A stretch of 61,942 nucleotides of DNA, the filler included, from Chiloscyllium plagiosum (Eukaryota), in the NCBI RefSeq assembly GCF_004010195.1. It is 4 parts of one record of this genome, joined end to end, with 100 filler letters (N's around TTAATTAATTAA, not from the genome) between each part and the next. Parts side by side here need not be neighbours in the genome. Positions count along the whole stretch, not along the records: positions 58,183 to 61,942 come from NC_057716.1; 3 more parts are not named here. One strand, given 5' to 3'. The translations under genes and the position numbers were made by a program. Positions 60,130 to 61,942 of the stretch are shown here, in pieces. The notes under the pieces were generated by a model, which searched no databases, was not told the origin of the DNA, and saw only the letters and a program-made list of their open reading frames with translations. Position 1 is the stretch's first letter. The number at the start of each line of letters is the position of its first letter.

Positions 60130-60677
60130 TGCATAACACGGAGAAGAGAGGTTGTAAAGGCAGAGGTGTTGAAGGGGTTGGAAAGAGCCGAGGTTAACAA
60201 AGGCAGGGGAGTGGTCAGTTCTCCCAGTTCAGGGTTTTTTTTTCCAGTTTGGTTTAGCTGTGGCAGTCACAAGATGCTGGAGTCCAGAAAAGGTTCCAAG
60301 CTTCAGCAGATGAATCCTAACTTACTGTCGCTCTTGAATTTCTTTGGATGTTGATCCCTCTTGCCTACAAGAATCTGTTTCAGTTTACCTATTTTGCCAA
60401 AGTGTGTGTTCTGGGATGTCTGGATTGGAACAGTCCCTTCGTTAATTTGCTGTATCTGGATAGTTAAGTTTTCCAGTAATGACATTATTCTAAATTTGAT
60501 TTTCTTTTGTTATTCTGTTGTGTTTTCATAAATTCTGTTTTGCTGAAAGCTGAGTGGTCTGACCAGCTGCATCACACCTGGAATATTGATTTCCCATCTG
60601 CCTTTAAAATAAGAAAAAGTTAGGGCCTCAGCTACGTTCTCAATATATTTTGAGGTAGTCTGGCCTGGTCCATAACA
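60130..60677 (+). mobile_element. Probable solo or partial LTR (Gypsy-like)
   Basis: Non-coding, T-rich body ending ...ctggtccataaCA; recalled resemblance to shark LTR ends only. Confidence 0.45.
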
Positions 60678-60679
60678 AT

Positions 60680-61352
60680 ATGTGTCTGTGTGTTTGAGTG
60701 TGTGAGTGCGTTTGTATGTGTATGGTTCTGTGTGTTTGTCTGTGTCTGTGTAAAGGTCTGTTTGCACGTCCACACCTCAGTCTGTGTCTGTTTCAGTCTT
60801 TGTATGTGTATGAATCTATGTTGATCTGTATGTTTGAGTGTATAAATGTGCCTGTGTGTGTCTCTTTGTATGTGATTCTCTCCCTGTAACTGTCTGTGTG
60901 TCTATCTCAATTGAAGTATCTCTGCAAATTTGTAGCTATGAGTGAGTGAGGCAGTGTATGCGGATGTGTGTTTTACCGTCTATCGGTGTGTGTATCTGTG
61001 TGAATGTGTGTGTGTATGTGTATCTGTGTGCGTGTGTGTGTGTGTCTGTGTGTCTCATACACACAGAAGACACACACGTGCACACATGCTCATGCACGTA
61101 CACAGTTACACACAAACGCACACAGATACACACAGACGCACGCGCACACACACAGATATACACACACGCACATAGATACACTCACACAGATACACACACA
61201 CACAGATACACACACACAGAAGACACACATGCACAGGCACGTACACAGATACACACACAATCACACAGACGCACGCGCACACACACAGATATACACACAC
61301 ACATAGATACACTCACACAGATACAAACACACAGATGCACACACACATGGAC
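60680..61352. repeat. Degenerate (GT)n tract switching to (CA)n at ~61057
   Basis: Direct reading of the sequence. Confidence 0.95.
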
Positions 61353-61942
61353 ACAGAGGCATGAGAGAGGAGGTGGGTAGAATTGACTGGGAGAGGAGTG
61401 TATCAGGAAAGACAGTGGAACAGCAATGGCAGGAGATTCTGGGAGTAACTCAGGAGACACAGCAGAGATTGGGCCGCTGGCAAATGACGTGGAAAGATAA
61501 TGGCAGGGAAAAAGAAATGCTGAAGAATTAAATAATTATTCTGTGTCAGTCTTTATTGTGGAAGACATGATTAATATCCCAAAAAAGTCAAGAGAGGGTA
61601 GGGACAGAGCTTGTGTGGTGGCCATCACCAAAGACATCAACTTCATCAATCTTGATCTGTTCCAGCCTGTTTCCCAGCTCCTCAAAGTTCTCATTCACAA
61701 CAAGGTCCCTTTCCTTAGTGAAAACTGAAGCAAAAAACTCATTTAGAGATTTTCTCTCTATCTTCTTCATCCTCTATCTCCACAGATTCCACACACAAGT
61801 TCCCTACACTATCCCTAACTGACCCTCTTATTCCTCACATATGAGTAAAATGCCTTTGGGTTCTGCCCAATCCTTCCTGACAAGCCTTTTTCATCCTCCC
61901 TCCTGGCTCTCCTCAGTCCATTTCTGAGCTCCTTTCTAGTAA
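61353..61942. mobile_element. CR1 ORF2 fragments (+ 61353-61635; - 61635-61942)
   Basis: [13 protein letters not shown] on +; SLNEFFASVFTKERD on -. Confidence 0.8.

Noticed and set aside
60936..61460. His/Thr- and Cys/Val-rich ORFs (also 42399-42913)
   Set aside because: These are translations of CA/GT microsatellites.

Overview
Repeat-saturated vertebrate genomic DNA, most likely from a shark or other elasmobranch. The inference rests on HE1/V-SINEs and HER1-type CR1 LINEs. The sequence is draft-quality, with N gaps and artificial TTAATTAATTAA joins. No complete host gene is visible; there is one plausible kinase-like exon and one weak candidate exon. Almost everything else is nested retroelements: dozens of CR1 fragments (one nearly full length), several families of Penelope-like elements (PLE; RT plus GIY-YIG), shattered Gypsy integrase fragments and LTRs, L2 and Rex1 remnants, and mini/microsatellites. 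The main signal is a dense set of minimal hammerhead-ribozyme (HHR) motifs (CUGANGA-stem II-GAAA-CGUC) in PLE terminal repeats. They occur as ~130-nt solo units that start at the ribozyme, and as ~160-220-bp fold-back elements with the module on both strands, four of them flanked by 13-15-bp target-site duplications. One family carries a compensatory U3-A8 swap of the conserved C3-G8 core pair. Other points: a candidate -1 ribosomal frameshift site (U UUA AAC) joining CR1 ORF1 to an AUG-less ORF2, a monomeric CR1 5' UTR, and several local duplications or inversions. All calls were made by eye, without database searches, and boundaries are approximate.
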